A stretch of 64,000 nt of DNA from Candidatus Cloacimonadales bacterium (GCA_963674825.1 OY771587.1:1728001-1792000); one strand, 5' to 3'. Counted from the first letter of the stretch, positions 9,641 to 19,449 are shown. The notes: generated from the sequence alone by a model not told the origin. Numbers and translations: made by a program.

Positions 9641-11725
9641 CTACGCCGCCTTCGGGTCGAGATCGACCTGGATGCGCGATTGTAGCGGGATGTGCGTCGG
9701 GATCTCGTTGAAGGAGATTACCGGCAGGGTCGCGATCGCTGGCTCTATAAGCCGTTTCACGTAGCGTCTGATCACCGGAGCCACCATCAGAACCGGCTGT
9801 AATCCGGTACGATTCATCTGCTTCACAGCCTCAGCGAGATCGTCGTACATCGAATTGATGATCATGGGGGGGATGCTTGCCTGACCCGGTTTCTGCTTAT
9901 TGCGCTGCACAACGTCCGTAAAGAGCTGCTCGAGCTGCGGTGAGAGCGTGATACCGTAAACGGTTCCGTCACTTGCGATAAATTTCCGTGCGATAGTGCG
10001 TGCAAGTGCGAAGCGAACGTACTCGGTGAGCGATTCGACATCCTTCACAAATGGAGCGTAGTCCGCGAGTGTCTCCAGGATGGTGATCATGTCGCGGATG
10101 GGAACACCTTCATGAAGCAAGTTCTTCAGCACCTGTTCCACAGCGCCGAGTGAAAGCATGCCCGGAACCAGTTCACCAACCACTGCCGAGTTGTCTTTCT
10201 TCACGTTATCAAGCAACTTCTGGACATCCTGGCGCGTGATAATCTGGTCCGCGCCGGACTTGACGATCTCGGAGATGTGGGTCGCGATCATTGCGGCAGG
10301 TTCGATCACCGTGTAGCCGTGCATCTCGGCGATATCCTTCTTGTCCTCGGAGATCCAGATCGCGGGTAGTCCAAAGGCGGGTTCGCGGGTTTCGATGCCC
10401 TTGATCGGCTTTTCTACAGTGCCGGGATCGAGCGCGAGGAAATGATTTACAAGGCAATCTCCGGAAGCGACCTGTTCGCCGCGGATTTTAATCAGATACT
10501 GGTTTGGCACCAGTGATATGTTGTCGCGAACGCGGATCGGCGGTACGATGATGCCGATCTCCAGTGCGATCTGTTTTCTGAGGCTCGTTATGCGATCCAG
10601 GAGGTCGCCCTTCTGGTTTTCATCCACAAGCGAGATCAAGCTGTAACCGATTTCGAGTTCAAGTGCATCCACCTGAAGGTATTCGCTCATGTCGGGTGGA
10701 CCTTGCGGTTCTTCCACGACTTGCTCAACGATCTTCTCATCTTCCAATGTCTTCTCTTTTATCGACTTCTGCAGGAACCATGCGAAAGCTCCCAAGCCGA
10801 GGCCCATCGGTCCAAAGAGGTACCACGGCATGCCGGGCACGAATCCGAATAGTACGATCACCGCACCGGAAACGAAGAGCGCTTTGGGTTCGTTAAAAAC
10901 CTGCGTGATAAGCTCTTCACCGAGGTTTGATTTTGTTCCGGCACGTGTAACGATGATACCTGTAGCAGACGATATGAGGATCGCGGGGATCTGTGATACC
11001 AGACCGTCACCGACGGTGAGGATGGTATAGGTCTGAAGCGCTTTGACAAGCGGCATCTTGAGCTGAACCATGCCGATGATGATTCCGCCGATGATATTGA
11101 GGAATGTGATTATCAGACCTGCCGTGGCGTCACCTTTAACAAACTTGGCGGCACCGTCCATTGCTCCATAGAAATCGCCGTCACGACGGATATCGTCACG
11201 CATCTTACGTGCTTCGGCTTCGGTGATTACGCCGTTGTTCAAGTCGGCATCGACAGCCATCTGCTTACCGGGCATCGCGTCCAATGTGAAACGTGCTGCA
11301 ACTTCTGCGACACGGCTTGAACCAGCTGTGATCACCTTGAAGTTGATGATGAACAGAATCAGGAAGATGATCAGACCGACGATGTAGTTCCCCCGGATCA
11401 GGAATGATCCGAAGGCGTTGATGATTGCGCCGGCGTCTCCCTCGCCGAGGATCAGACGCGTGGTTGCGACGTTCAGCGAGAGCCTGAACAACGTGATGAC
11501 CAGCAGTAAGCCGGGAAACACGGAGAATTCACTGGGTCTGAGGATGTAGATGGGCGCCAGCAGAATGATGAACGCCATCATGAAGTTCAGAACCAGCAGG
11601 ATATCGATCAGGAGCTTGGGCATCGGCACCATCATGACCAGAAGGATCAAGACGATACCGGAACCGACCATGAAATCGCTCTTGCGAGCGAGGGCATCCT
11701 GAAGCCGGGATTTTGTTTCTAACAT
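9641..11725 (-). CDS. flhA: Flagellar export gate protein FlhA
   Basis: FHIPEP motifs 'RVAEVAARFTLDAMPGKQMAVDADL', 'FYGAMDGAAKFVKGDA', 'LTVGDGLVSQIP', 'LELEIGYSLI', 'EPAFGLPAIWI'. Confidence 0.96.
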   Translation of the reverse strand: MLETKSRLQDALARKSDFMVGSGIVLILLVMMVPMPKLLIDILLVLNFMMAFIILLAPIYILRPSEFSVFPGLLLVITLFRLSLNVATTRLILGEGDAGAIINAFGSFLIRGNYIVGLIIFLILFIINFKVITAGSSRVAEVAARFTLDAMPGKQMAVDADLNNGVITEAEARKMRDDIRRDGDFYGAMDGAAKFVKGDATAGLIITFLNIIGGIIIGMVQLKMPLVKALQTYTILTVGDGLVSQIPAILISSATGIIVTRAGTKSNLGEELITQVFNEPKALFVSGAVIVLFGFVPGMPWYLFGPMGLGLGAFAWFLQKSIKEKTLEDEKIVEQVVEEPQGPPDMSEYLQVDALELEIGYSLISLVDENQKGDLLDRITSLRKQIALEIGIIVPPIRVRDNISLVPNQYLIKIRGEQVASGDCLVNHFLALDPGTVEKPIKGIETREPAFGLPAIWISEDKKDIAEMHGYTVIEPAAMIATHISEIVKSGADQIITRQDVQKLLDNVKKDNSAVVGELVPGMLSLGAVEQVLKNLLHEGVPIRDMITILETLADYAPFVKDVESLTEYVRFALARTIARKFIASDGTVYGITLSPQLEQLFTDVVQRNKQKPGQASIPPMIINSMYDDLAEAVKQMNRTGLQPVLMVAPVIRRYVKRLIEPAIATLPVISFNEIPTHIPLQSRIQVDLDPKAA

Positions 11726-11726
11726 A

Positions 11727-12794
11727 TCACATAACTCTTCTGTTTTTCAGGTTATAAACATACGCCAGGATTTCCGCCACAGCGCTGTACAGCTCGACAC
11801 TGATCTGCTGACCTATCTCGGTCGTTTTATAGAGCAGGCGAGCCAGAGGCTTGTCTTCGACAATCGGAATATCGTTTTCGCGCGCCAGTTCCTTGATGCG
11901 TTCCGCGATCAGGCGTTTACCCTTCGCGACAACGATCGGCGCGTCGTCCAAATTCATGTCATATCGTATCGCTACAGCCAGGTGAATCGGGTTGGTGATA
12001 ACCACGTCTGCCTTGGGAACATCCTGCATCATGCGCTTGAGCGTCGCAGCGAACATCAGCTGACGAAGCTTGCTTTTCACTTGGGGATCACCTTCCATTT
12101 GCCGTCTTTCGTCTTTCACTTCGGACTTGGACATCTTGAGTTTCTTGACATGAAGGTAGTGGGTGATGGCAAAGTCGGCAATGGCAATGAATACATAGGC
12201 GATCAGGATGTTCAGGAGCAGCTTGATCACCAGGCTACCTACGAACGAAAAAATTTCCTGCACTTCCAGGCCGGGAAGTCCCATGAAGTCACTCAGCCTC
12301 GAGCGAACCGTCATCCAGGCTATCATAAGCAGGATGATCAGCTTGACGATGCTCTTGACAAGTCGCTGAAGAGCTTCCATGGAGAAAATGTTATTCAACG
12401 GATTCTTGATTTTAAAAGCTTGGCTCCAGTTCATTTTGAATGCCTTTGGAGCGAACAACCAGCCAAATTGAACGAACGAACTGGCAAAAGTAGAAACCAA
12501 CAGCACAGCAGCAATAGGCCCGAATACCACCATAAGATACTTGAGCGATTCGATGTAAGTGTTCTGGATGCTCAGGAATGTGATCGGTTGGGCAATATTG
12601 CGGATCTGAATCTCCGTATGTAGAAGGAACTTGGACATCATCCAGCTGCCGAGAATGCTGAAATAGAGCACCATGAGCAGCAGGAAGAACGCAGTGTGTA
12701 CTTCCGGGCTTTGGGCTACGTTACCATCCTTCCGGGCTTTGCTTTTTCGCCGCGGGGTTGGTTTCTCAGTTTTCTCTTGTGCTTCGTCCGCCAT
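11727..12794 (-). CDS. flhB: Flagellar export protein FlhB
   Basis: 'EKTEKPTPRR..KARKDGNV', 'KLKMSKSEVKDE.RQMEGDP.VK', 'ADVVITNPIH.AVA', 'LARLLY', 'AVAEILAYVY'. Confidence 0.95.
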   Translation of the reverse strand: MADEAQEKTEKPTPRRKSKARKDGNVAQSPEVHTAFFLLLMVLYFSILGSWMMSKFLLHTEIQIRNIAQPITFLSIQNTYIESLKYLMVVFGPIAAVLLVSTFASSFVQFGWLFAPKAFKMNWSQAFKIKNPLNNIFSMEALQRLVKSIVKLIILLMIAWMTVRSRLSDFMGLPGLEVQEIFSFVGSLVIKLLLNILIAYVFIAIADFAITHYLHVKKLKMSKSEVKDERRQMEGDPQVKSKLRQLMFAATLKRMMQDVPKADVVITNPIHLAVAIRYDMNLDDAPIVVAKGKRLIAERIKELARENDIPIVEDKPLARLLYKTTEIGQQISVELYSAVAEILAYVYNLKNRRVM

Positions 12795-12861
12795 GATAGA
12801 TCCTTACATACGGCCTTTCAGGCCATTACCTCTTCCATGTGGAAGATTATTCAGATGTAAA

Positions 12862-12877
12862 TGCAATTCTCAGACCA
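12862..12877 (-). promoter_or_regulatory. Putative sigma-54 promoter TGGTCTGAGAATTGCA upstream of flhB
   Basis: GG-N10-GC spacing with a perfect TTGCA -12 box, 68 bp before the flhB ATG; -24 box deviates (TGGTCT). Confidence 0.6.
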
Positions 12878-12890
12878 TTTGCGAGATAGC

Positions 12891-13376
12891 TTATTTGAGG
12901 ATCCGATTGAGGAAATTTCTGGTTTCGGTGATGTTTTTAAAAAGGTACCTGTAATCTTTTGTATTATCGATAGTTATGCGATTAACGCGAAGTGTTCGGT
13001 CAACATTGGTTTCACCCCAGTTATATGCTGCTAACGCTATGCTCCAGTTATTGTTATAGCGCTTCAGAAGGTATCGCATATACATTGCAGAGATTTGAAG
13101 GTTTGCGGGTGGCAACCACAAAAGGAATCGTGGGAAACCCGGAAACATATACCGGGCAGTTTCTTCCTTTATCTGGCCGAGTCCAATTGCGTCTTTGTGA
13201 GAATGTGCCCAGAACAAGAAGGAACTCTCAGCCCCAATCAACCTGTAGAAATTGCCTGGATCGAGCTTGTAGAGCAGTGCAAATCCGAGCGTCATCAGCC
13301 GTGTGGAGATCGGATTGACAATCAATACCACGATCAGCAGGAGTGCCAGGAGAAACTTTACCAGGGGACGTTTCAT
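12891..13376 (-). CDS. Lytic transglycosylase (SLT domain) with N-terminal membrane anchor
   Basis: Catalytic 'AESS', 'S.KDAIGLGQI', 'ALAAYNWG', 'ETRNF'. Confidence 0.9.
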   Translation of the reverse strand: MKRPLVKFLLALLLIVVLIVNPISTRLMTLGFALLYKLDPGNFYRLIGAESSFLFWAHSHKDAIGLGQIKEETARYMFPGFPRFLLWLPPANLQISAMYMRYLLKRYNNNWSIALAAYNWGETNVDRTLRVNRITIDNTKDYRYLFKNITETRNFLNRILK

Positions 13377-13383
13377 TGGACTG

Positions 13384-14034
13384 TTATTGCTTGCGTTTCA
13401 GGTGTTTCAGGTTCTCTTGGAAGCGAGGGTTGTCGGGTTCGAGAGCCAGCGCTTTTTCAAACCATTCCAACGCCTGGCTTGCCGGCTGCCTCATCAACAG
13501 CATCACCGAGCCGATATTGTTCACTACCGTTGCGTTTTCCGGGTCGATCTCATGAGCTTTCATTAGGTGATCAAGTGCTTCCTGATAGCGTTTTTCCTCG
13601 ACTTCCAGCTGCGCCTTGGCGTAGTACTCGCGGGAGATCACGAAGCGATCCCGTTTAACCGGATCGCGCACCATGTCGAGATAGTTCTTGTAACCCAGAT
13701 AGTCAGGTTGCAGCCTGGTAAGCTGTGCGAAAACCACTTCGGCAGCGTCCCATTTACGCAGCATGGCAAGGCATTCGGCGTATGAAAGCAGTACGATCTC
13801 GTTTTTATCGTATGAGTTATAGACGGTTTCCAAATGCTTCTCGGCCTCTTGGTAGCGGTTCAGTGCTACCAGAGCCAGCGCCAGCAGGAAAAGGTTGCCG
13901 TCAGAGTTGTTTTGCATGACGGCTTTCTCGAAAAGCGTGAGCGCTTTCTTTGCCTGCCCCTTCATCAGGAGCCTGCGACCCCGGGTTTGCCGGTATTTTT
14001 CCAAAAAAGAATTCCACATTTCCAACATAACCAC
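13384..14034 (-). CDS. Tetratricopeptide repeat protein
   Basis: Several TPR units, e.g. 'YQEALDHLMKAHEIDPEN', 'ALEWFEKALALEPDN'. Start codon uncertain. Confidence 0.85.
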   Translation of the reverse strand: MVMLEMWNSFLEKYRQTRGRRLLMKGQAKKALTLFEKAVMQNNSDGNLFLLALALVALNRYQEAEKHLETVYNSYDKNEIVLLSYAECLAMLRKWDAAEVVFAQLTRLQPDYLGYKNYLDMVRDPVKRDRFVISREYYAKAQLEVEEKRYQEALDHLMKAHEIDPENATVVNNIGSVMLLMRQPASQALEWFEKALALEPDNPRFQENLKHLKRKQ

Positions 14035-14117
14035 ATTTTCGGACTCGCATTTTTTTCGGCAATGTTTTTTATTCAGGTTTTAGAACAGGTTGAGCTATGT
14101 AATATACTGCAACGATT

Positions 14118-14942
14118 CTATTCGTACCAGTCACCCAAATTCCAACCGGTGAAAGATTCGAGCTTCATGATGTCCGGCATCAATTTCTCCAGGAGCTTTT
14201 CCCTGATCTCTGGTGTGACGGTGGGTTTCTTGACGGGTTGGTAGAGATATTGTTGAGGATGTTGCAACACTTCGTCTCGAAGCAGTCTTTGATAGGCTGC
14301 ATTTTGCGCGACGGCTCTGCCTAATGGATTGAGTACCATGCGATCTTTTGACTGGTTATGAGCGAGCTCGAAGTCTTCATGATAGAATGTGTCGTTAACG
14401 CCCACAAAGCGAAACACACGTTGGATCGTGTCGGTTCGTTGCCTGACCAGATTCTTGAAACGGAGTATCAGGATGCGGCTTTCGGGGAAATGCTTCAGAT
14501 ATTGTTCCAACTGCTGGTAATAGCTGCTTACCATGACATACCAGCGCGGAGCTTTCATCACCTCATTGAAGCTTCGTGTCTCACCCATGTGATAAACCTG
14601 CCAGCGATAGTGTGATACGATGCGATCGATGGGATTACGGACCAGGTAAACCAGCTTCACATCCGGTACAATCCGTCTAATTCGCTCCGGTGCGCCTTTA
14701 TATGCGGGGAATTTCGTGTAGTTTGCTGTGGATTCTCCGCGTACTCTGAAGCTGCCATCGAAAAGCCCTTTGTACCAGTTTAGCCCCCTTTTCCAGGTGT
14801 GTCCCTTGCCTTCAAGGAAGAAGCTCGGTTCCTTGGGGGTTGACATGTATATATCGGGATGAAGCTTTAGATATTCATGCAGACTTGTTGTACCGCAGTT
14901 CATTCCTCCAATCGTGATAAAATTGGGTAGAGCGGTGTCCAT
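14118..14942 (-). CDS. PAPS-dependent sulfotransferase family protein
   Basis: 'PNFITIGGMNCGTTSL...L..HP.I...KEP.FF', 'GEST.NY', 3'-PB motif 'LVRNPIDRIVSHY'. Confidence 0.88.
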   Translation of the reverse strand: MDTALPNFITIGGMNCGTTSLHEYLKLHPDIYMSTPKEPSFFLEGKGHTWKRGLNWYKGLFDGSFRVRGESTANYTKFPAYKGAPERIRRIVPDVKLVYLVRNPIDRIVSHYRWQVYHMGETRSFNEVMKAPRWYVMVSSYYQQLEQYLKHFPESRILILRFKNLVRQRTDTIQRVFRFVGVNDTFYHEDFELAHNQSKDRMVLNPLGRAVAQNAAYQRLLRDEVLQHPQQYLYQPVKKPTVTPEIREKLLEKLMPDIMKLESFTGWNLGDWYE

Positions 14943-15234
14943 AATAACTCCTTATTGCTTATGCAATAATAGTATCGGTGTTTATTAACTGAGCATAAGT
15001 CATAAATTTCTGTCGCCTCCGAGAATTGCATCAATCGACTTTATATCTGCATATAATGGGTGAATCTATGTTGTGAAATTACTGAGAGATAATTTTTTTC
15101 TTTACATTAATTTGATAATTGTTGTATTTTATCTTTGATTAAACATTCATGCAAGATAGGCGTGAGGGCAGGCAATTAAAAACGAAACAAAGCGAACTGA
15201 CAGGCTGTGCTTTGCGCATTTGCGAGGAGAGGCT

Positions 15235-17394
15235 ATGAAAAGTGGACTGCATTTCATCGTATTGATCACAATCTTGCTGATGGTGTTCAGTTGTTCACGA
15301 ACCCCAACCGGTACCAGCCAGAACAACGAATTCCGCATCTTGCCATTCACTGGTGTGAGAATCGAGAATGGCAGTGAGTTCGACTATGTTCTTACCGCGC
15401 GTTGGCTCACGCGAGAAGAAGATGATCAGGTCGCCGTACGCGTACGAACCACAGACGGTGTACAGCCTGAAGGAATCGAAACGGACGCAGACGGGTGGAT
15501 ATTGTTCGGCGAATCGATCTGGACCGCCGAGAAGGCAATCAACTTCACATTTACCTCCAGCGAGGGCACGCTGGATCACATCATTCTTGAAATCGACGTC
15601 CAGAATGAGGATGGTAGCATCCTGACGCGCAGTATCTTCGACGACCGTTTGCTGGGAACCAACCTTTTCTGCGAACAGGGTGACATCGACGGTATGGATA
15701 CCGGTACCGCGCTCGATCTGATTCTATCCGAGCAGACTGACATCTTTGTCGATGGTATGTATGCGCATCACTTCATGTACAGGCTGATCAAGCTCGACGA
15801 AAATGGCGAAGAGATATCCGCATCCGACTGGTATAGCACCCTCTACTGCACAGACATTCGAAGAATCAGTTTGACCAGCGAGACTGAGCCGGCTCTTTCA
15901 CCGGACGGTGAAGGCTGCTCGACCAGAATCGAAGCCTATGTCGTAACTCGCAACGGTATCAGCGACGAAGCCAATCCGGCATCGCTGGAGTTTCATGTCA
16001 TAGAGGGGATGCACCCGGCAACATTGATCTACAGTTATATGACGTTCGCTCTCGGTGAAAATCATTTCTCGCGCCTGGAAGATAACATGCTGTTCAATCC
16101 ATCGATTGACTATCCGGTTGAAATGACGGAAGATGGCTACAACTACGCAATGCACTTCTTCATTGATTCAAATGGTGAATATGGAGCTCTGTGGAGCGAG
16201 GATTTCAAGCTCTATCTGAATGTCGGCTACGCCGGTGAATACTACTGCAACAATCCATCGGCCGAATACATGGGCGAGGTATACAACGAAGAAACCGGGC
16301 TGAACTACTTCGCCTCGATCGAATACTATGACATCTCGATCAATGGGGAAGACCTGACGCAATACGGCATCGAGGCTCCCATTGTAACGGACGATGGCGT
16401 AAGCTATTCGCGTATTTCATACGATCCCTCGCTGGATTTCGATGTTATCCTGCAAAATCTACCGGCTTCGGTGCAGGGATCACCACATCAGTTGATTGTT
16501 CGCGCGATCGATAATCAGGGCAATGTCGATCCAACACCGGCGATTCTCCTGTTCAACCTGTTCGAGCCTGTTCCTCACGAAGATAAAACGGGTGTCGTCG
16601 TGATCGATGATGATATCGATAATACCTTCTCGCCGGATGATTCCGTCGATCCGCTCTACACCAATGGATTCCTGCAGGCGGACCTGGAGCTTGACTACAA
16701 TGACCTGAAAAACTCGGTGTGGGACAGCCAGTTGAATTACTCTCGGACGGTTCTATCCGCGACGGATCTTCAGCATTACAAATTCATGGTGTGGCATGTC
16801 GATAATCCGCCAAGAAGTGTGAAATACAATCTTGCTTTGGAAATCGACAACCTGAATCTCATTATGCCGCAGAAGACCAACCTGCTCCTGAGCGGAGGTG
16901 CGAATCTTTGGAATGCATATTCCAGGTCCTGCCAGAGTGATTTTCATATCTTCGATCGCTGGCTGGGATTGCAGGAGACATCGGACGAAGCGGCAGTTGG
17001 GTACATGGCTGGTTCAGCGATAGAGTTTCCGTGGTTTATCGGCGCTGAGTCTCAGGTTGACGAGTATCCGGATATCGATTTCGATCCCGAACAGCTTTGG
17101 GGATATCTGCCGAGCTTGTTTGTACCTCGCGGTGGAATGGGCAGTATCGCTTACTTCCCGGAGGATTATCATACGGATGGGGCTGAAGTCATCTACCGGT
17201 TTATCTGCAAGGAACCCGGAACGGACAACTATTCGCCCAGCCAGGAAGAATACGATCTGCTGAACGGTCAGCCGGTTGCGCTGCGAGTAGTTCACGATGG
17301 CTTCACGACCTGGATGTTTGGCTTCCCGCTGAGCTGGATGCCACAGGATACGGTAACTCAGCTGCTTGATCAGATCCAGCTGGAATTACAATGA
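15235..17394 (+). CDS. Large acidic lipoprotein of unknown function
   Basis: Lipobox-like 'LMVFS-C'; RBS GAGGAG; 'VRAIDNQGNVDPTPA' Ig-like module; C-terminal 'VVVIDDD...WH.D...LLLSG...FGFPLSWM' domain. Confidence 0.7.
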   Translation: MKSGLHFIVLITILLMVFSCSRTPTGTSQNNEFRILPFTGVRIENGSEFDYVLTARWLTREEDDQVAVRVRTTDGVQPEGIETDADGWILFGESIWTAEKAINFTFTSSEGTLDHIILEIDVQNEDGSILTRSIFDDRLLGTNLFCEQGDIDGMDTGTALDLILSEQTDIFVDGMYAHHFMYRLIKLDENGEEISASDWYSTLYCTDIRRISLTSETEPALSPDGEGCSTRIEAYVVTRNGISDEANPASLEFHVIEGMHPATLIYSYMTFALGENHFSRLEDNMLFNPSIDYPVEMTEDGYNYAMHFFIDSNGEYGALWSEDFKLYLNVGYAGEYYCNNPSAEYMGEVYNEETGLNYFASIEYYDISINGEDLTQYGIEAPIVTDDGVSYSRISYDPSLDFDVILQNLPASVQGSPHQLIVRAIDNQGNVDPTPAILLFNLFEPVPHEDKTGVVVIDDDIDNTFSPDDSVDPLYTNGFLQADLELDYNDLKNSVWDSQLNYSRTVLSATDLQHYKFMVWHVDNPPRSVKYNLALEIDNLNLIMPQKTNLLLSGGANLWNAYSRSCQSDFHIFDRWLGLQETSDEAAVGYMAGSAIEFPWFIGAESQVDEYPDIDFDPEQLWGYLPSLFVPRGGMGSIAYFPEDYHTDGAEVIYRFICKEPGTDNYSPSQEEYDLLNGQPVALRVVHDGFTTWMFGFPLSWMPQDTVTQLLDQIQLELQ

Positions 17395-17404
17395 GGAGGG
17401 GATT

Positions 17405-19396
17405 ATGAAAGGGCTTACAATCGTAGCAATCCTGGTCGCGATCTGCATTTCTACGCTGATCGCAAATGACCGGGCACTCGACGCGGACAATATCACGACC
17501 TTCGGGCGGGTCGCGCTGCGTTATTCGAATTACGGCATGGCCGGTGGAGACGATGCGGACGGACCAGCATTGGAATGGCCGCGCGGTAGTGGAATCAACT
17601 ACCTCTATCAGAGTGCGCTCTGGATTGGTGGCAAGGTACATCGCACAAACGAAGATGGTGAGCATCTTTACTGGCTGAACTGGCCGCCCATTGACGAAGA
17701 CGACTATGTCTCCGAAAGCGATGACCAGTGGAACGAAAACCTTCAGCCGGTGATCGACACGCTGACCTCGGTCGGTTTCGATGGCGATGCAGATGTCATG
17801 GAACTTCTCCCCGCGTACAACCCACTGGAGCAATCGTCGATGATAGAACTTTGGGTTACCAATAACCCGTACGATCACACGACCGTAAGCTATCTCGACA
17901 TCGCGAACTACGATGACGACGGCGATGGCGCGATCGACGAAGATCCTCCCGGAGCGCTGTTTCAATGGCCGGATCCACGAGGAATCTACTGCTTCAACCT
18001 TCCGTTTGACGATGATGGCGACGGCGAAGTGGATGAGGATGGTGGTTGCTACGGACTGGAAACAGGTCTCGGTTTCTACTATGACATAAGCCCTTTTGGT
18101 ACTGACGTAGATCGCGATTGGGGTAGCAGCAATTATACGAACCATCATTACCCGCTTGGTGTCGCGGTGGAACAGCGCGTTTATGCGTGGAATGTCAGGA
18201 GCTTGGCCGACGCTATCGTGATGCATTTCCGAATCACCAACGTGACCGACGATCCTATCAACGACTGCGCGTTCAGCTATTTCGTCGATCCTGATATCGG
18301 GCCTGTTGAATGGGGAGCCGATGCGGTACTCGACGATATAAGCAGCTACAACACCGATTACGACTTCGCGTTTGCCTATGATGATGATCAAGATAGCGGC
18401 ATCACACCGGGCTATTTTGCTGTAAAAGCGCTGGGTGAATCAGATGCAAACTCGGCTTGTTTCACGTGGAACCGGGGTCATGGCCCAAACGATGACGATC
18501 CCCGCGATCTTACCCACTCCGGGAGCTCGACCGCCAACCAGAAATACTGGCTGCAAACGGGAATGAACCCAGACGAAAGCAGGTATGTGTCGCTGATCGA
18601 GAATCCGGACTACGTGGTCAACGATCCATGTGAAACACGCTTCATGTACAGCGTTTACGGCGATGATTTCGACATCGAGCCCGGCGAGACGCGCGATTTC
18701 TACCTGGCATTCTTCCTCGCGAATTCCGAGTTCGGTCTGATCGAGATCCTCGATGATCTGGAATCCTTCTACGAGAGCGGTTTCGACCTCAGCATTTTCG
18801 ACGGTGATCCGTCCATTCCGGGGATCATCGCGACCCAGCCGCAGCAGGACGGGCAGTCGATCTTCGTGGACTGGTATATCCCAACCATGCCGGATAGCCT
18901 CTATCTCTGCTACAAAGAGGCGAACGCGCCGGCGATTGATTACCAGGTTCTCAATCTCGATACGGACACCGGGAGCTTCATGCTGGAAAACCTCGCCGAA
19001 GAGACCGATTACAACATCAAGGTCGCGGTCGTGTATGGCGATGTGTACCTCGAAAGTCCGGTTGTGACCCAGAATACGACAGAGGATAACGACGCGGAGG
19101 ATGGCGATATCCCTCCAATCGAAGTGGGGGAGATGAGCGTGTATCCCAACCCATTCAACCCCGAGACGACCATCGGTTATTCGCTGCAGGAGAAGGGACA
19201 CGTCATCGTCGAGGTGTTCAACATCCGCGGACAGAAGGTTGCGACGCTGCTTGACGCGGTGCAGGAATCTGGACAGCACTCCGTTGTGTGGGATGGATCA
19301 GACCAAGCAGGAAAGAGCTGCACATCAGGTATCTATTTCTGTCGCCTGAAGGCATCCAGTAACGTTTTGACACGGAAGATGCTGCTCTTGAAATAG
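17405..19396 (+). CDS. Secreted acidic protein with DxDxDG loops, FN3-like module and FlgD-Ig/T9SS-type CTD
   Basis: Signal peptide; 'EWPRGSG.NYLY..ALWIGG'; 'DDDGDGAIDED' and 'DDDGDGEVDED'; CTD 'VYPNPFNPETTI...WDGSDQAG...SGIYFCRL...RKMLLLK'. Confidence 0.85.
   Translation: MKGLTIVAILVAICISTLIANDRALDADNITTFGRVALRYSNYGMAGGDDADGPALEWPRGSGINYLYQSALWIGGKVHRTNEDGEHLYWLNWPPIDEDDYVSESDDQWNENLQPVIDTLTSVGFDGDADVMELLPAYNPLEQSSMIELWVTNNPYDHTTVSYLDIANYDDDGDGAIDEDPPGALFQWPDPRGIYCFNLPFDDDGDGEVDEDGGCYGLETGLGFYYDISPFGTDVDRDWGSSNYTNHHYPLGVAVEQRVYAWNVRSLADAIVMHFRITNVTDDPINDCAFSYFVDPDIGPVEWGADAVLDDISSYNTDYDFAFAYDDDQDSGITPGYFAVKALGESDANSACFTWNRGHGPNDDDPRDLTHSGSSTANQKYWLQTGMNPDESRYVSLIENPDYVVNDPCETRFMYSVYGDDFDIEPGETRDFYLAFFLANSEFGLIEILDDLESFYESGFDLSIFDGDPSIPGIIATQPQQDGQSIFVDWYIPTMPDSLYLCYKEANAPAIDYQVLNLDTDTGSFMLENLAEETDYNIKVAVVYGDVYLESPVVTQNTTEDNDAEDGDIPPIEVGEMSVYPNPFNPETTIGYSLQEKGHVIVEVFNIRGQKVATLLDAVQESGQHSVVWDGSDQAGKSCTSGIYFCRLKASSNVLTRKMLLLK
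18458..18473. promoter_or_regulatory. parS-like site TGTTTCACGTGGAACC
   Basis: Reverse complement GGTTCCACGTGAAACA matches TGTTNCACGTGAAACA at 15/16. Confidence 0.7.
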
Positions 19397-19449
19397 CGAC
19401 ATCGAGTCACAAGTGCGACACAACATGAATGAACGTACTATGGTTGATT

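Noticed and set aside
17303..19279. 362-aa and 279-aa minus-strand ORFs
   Set aside because: Antisense to the CTD-bearing gene; codon-bias mirror frames without recognisable domains.
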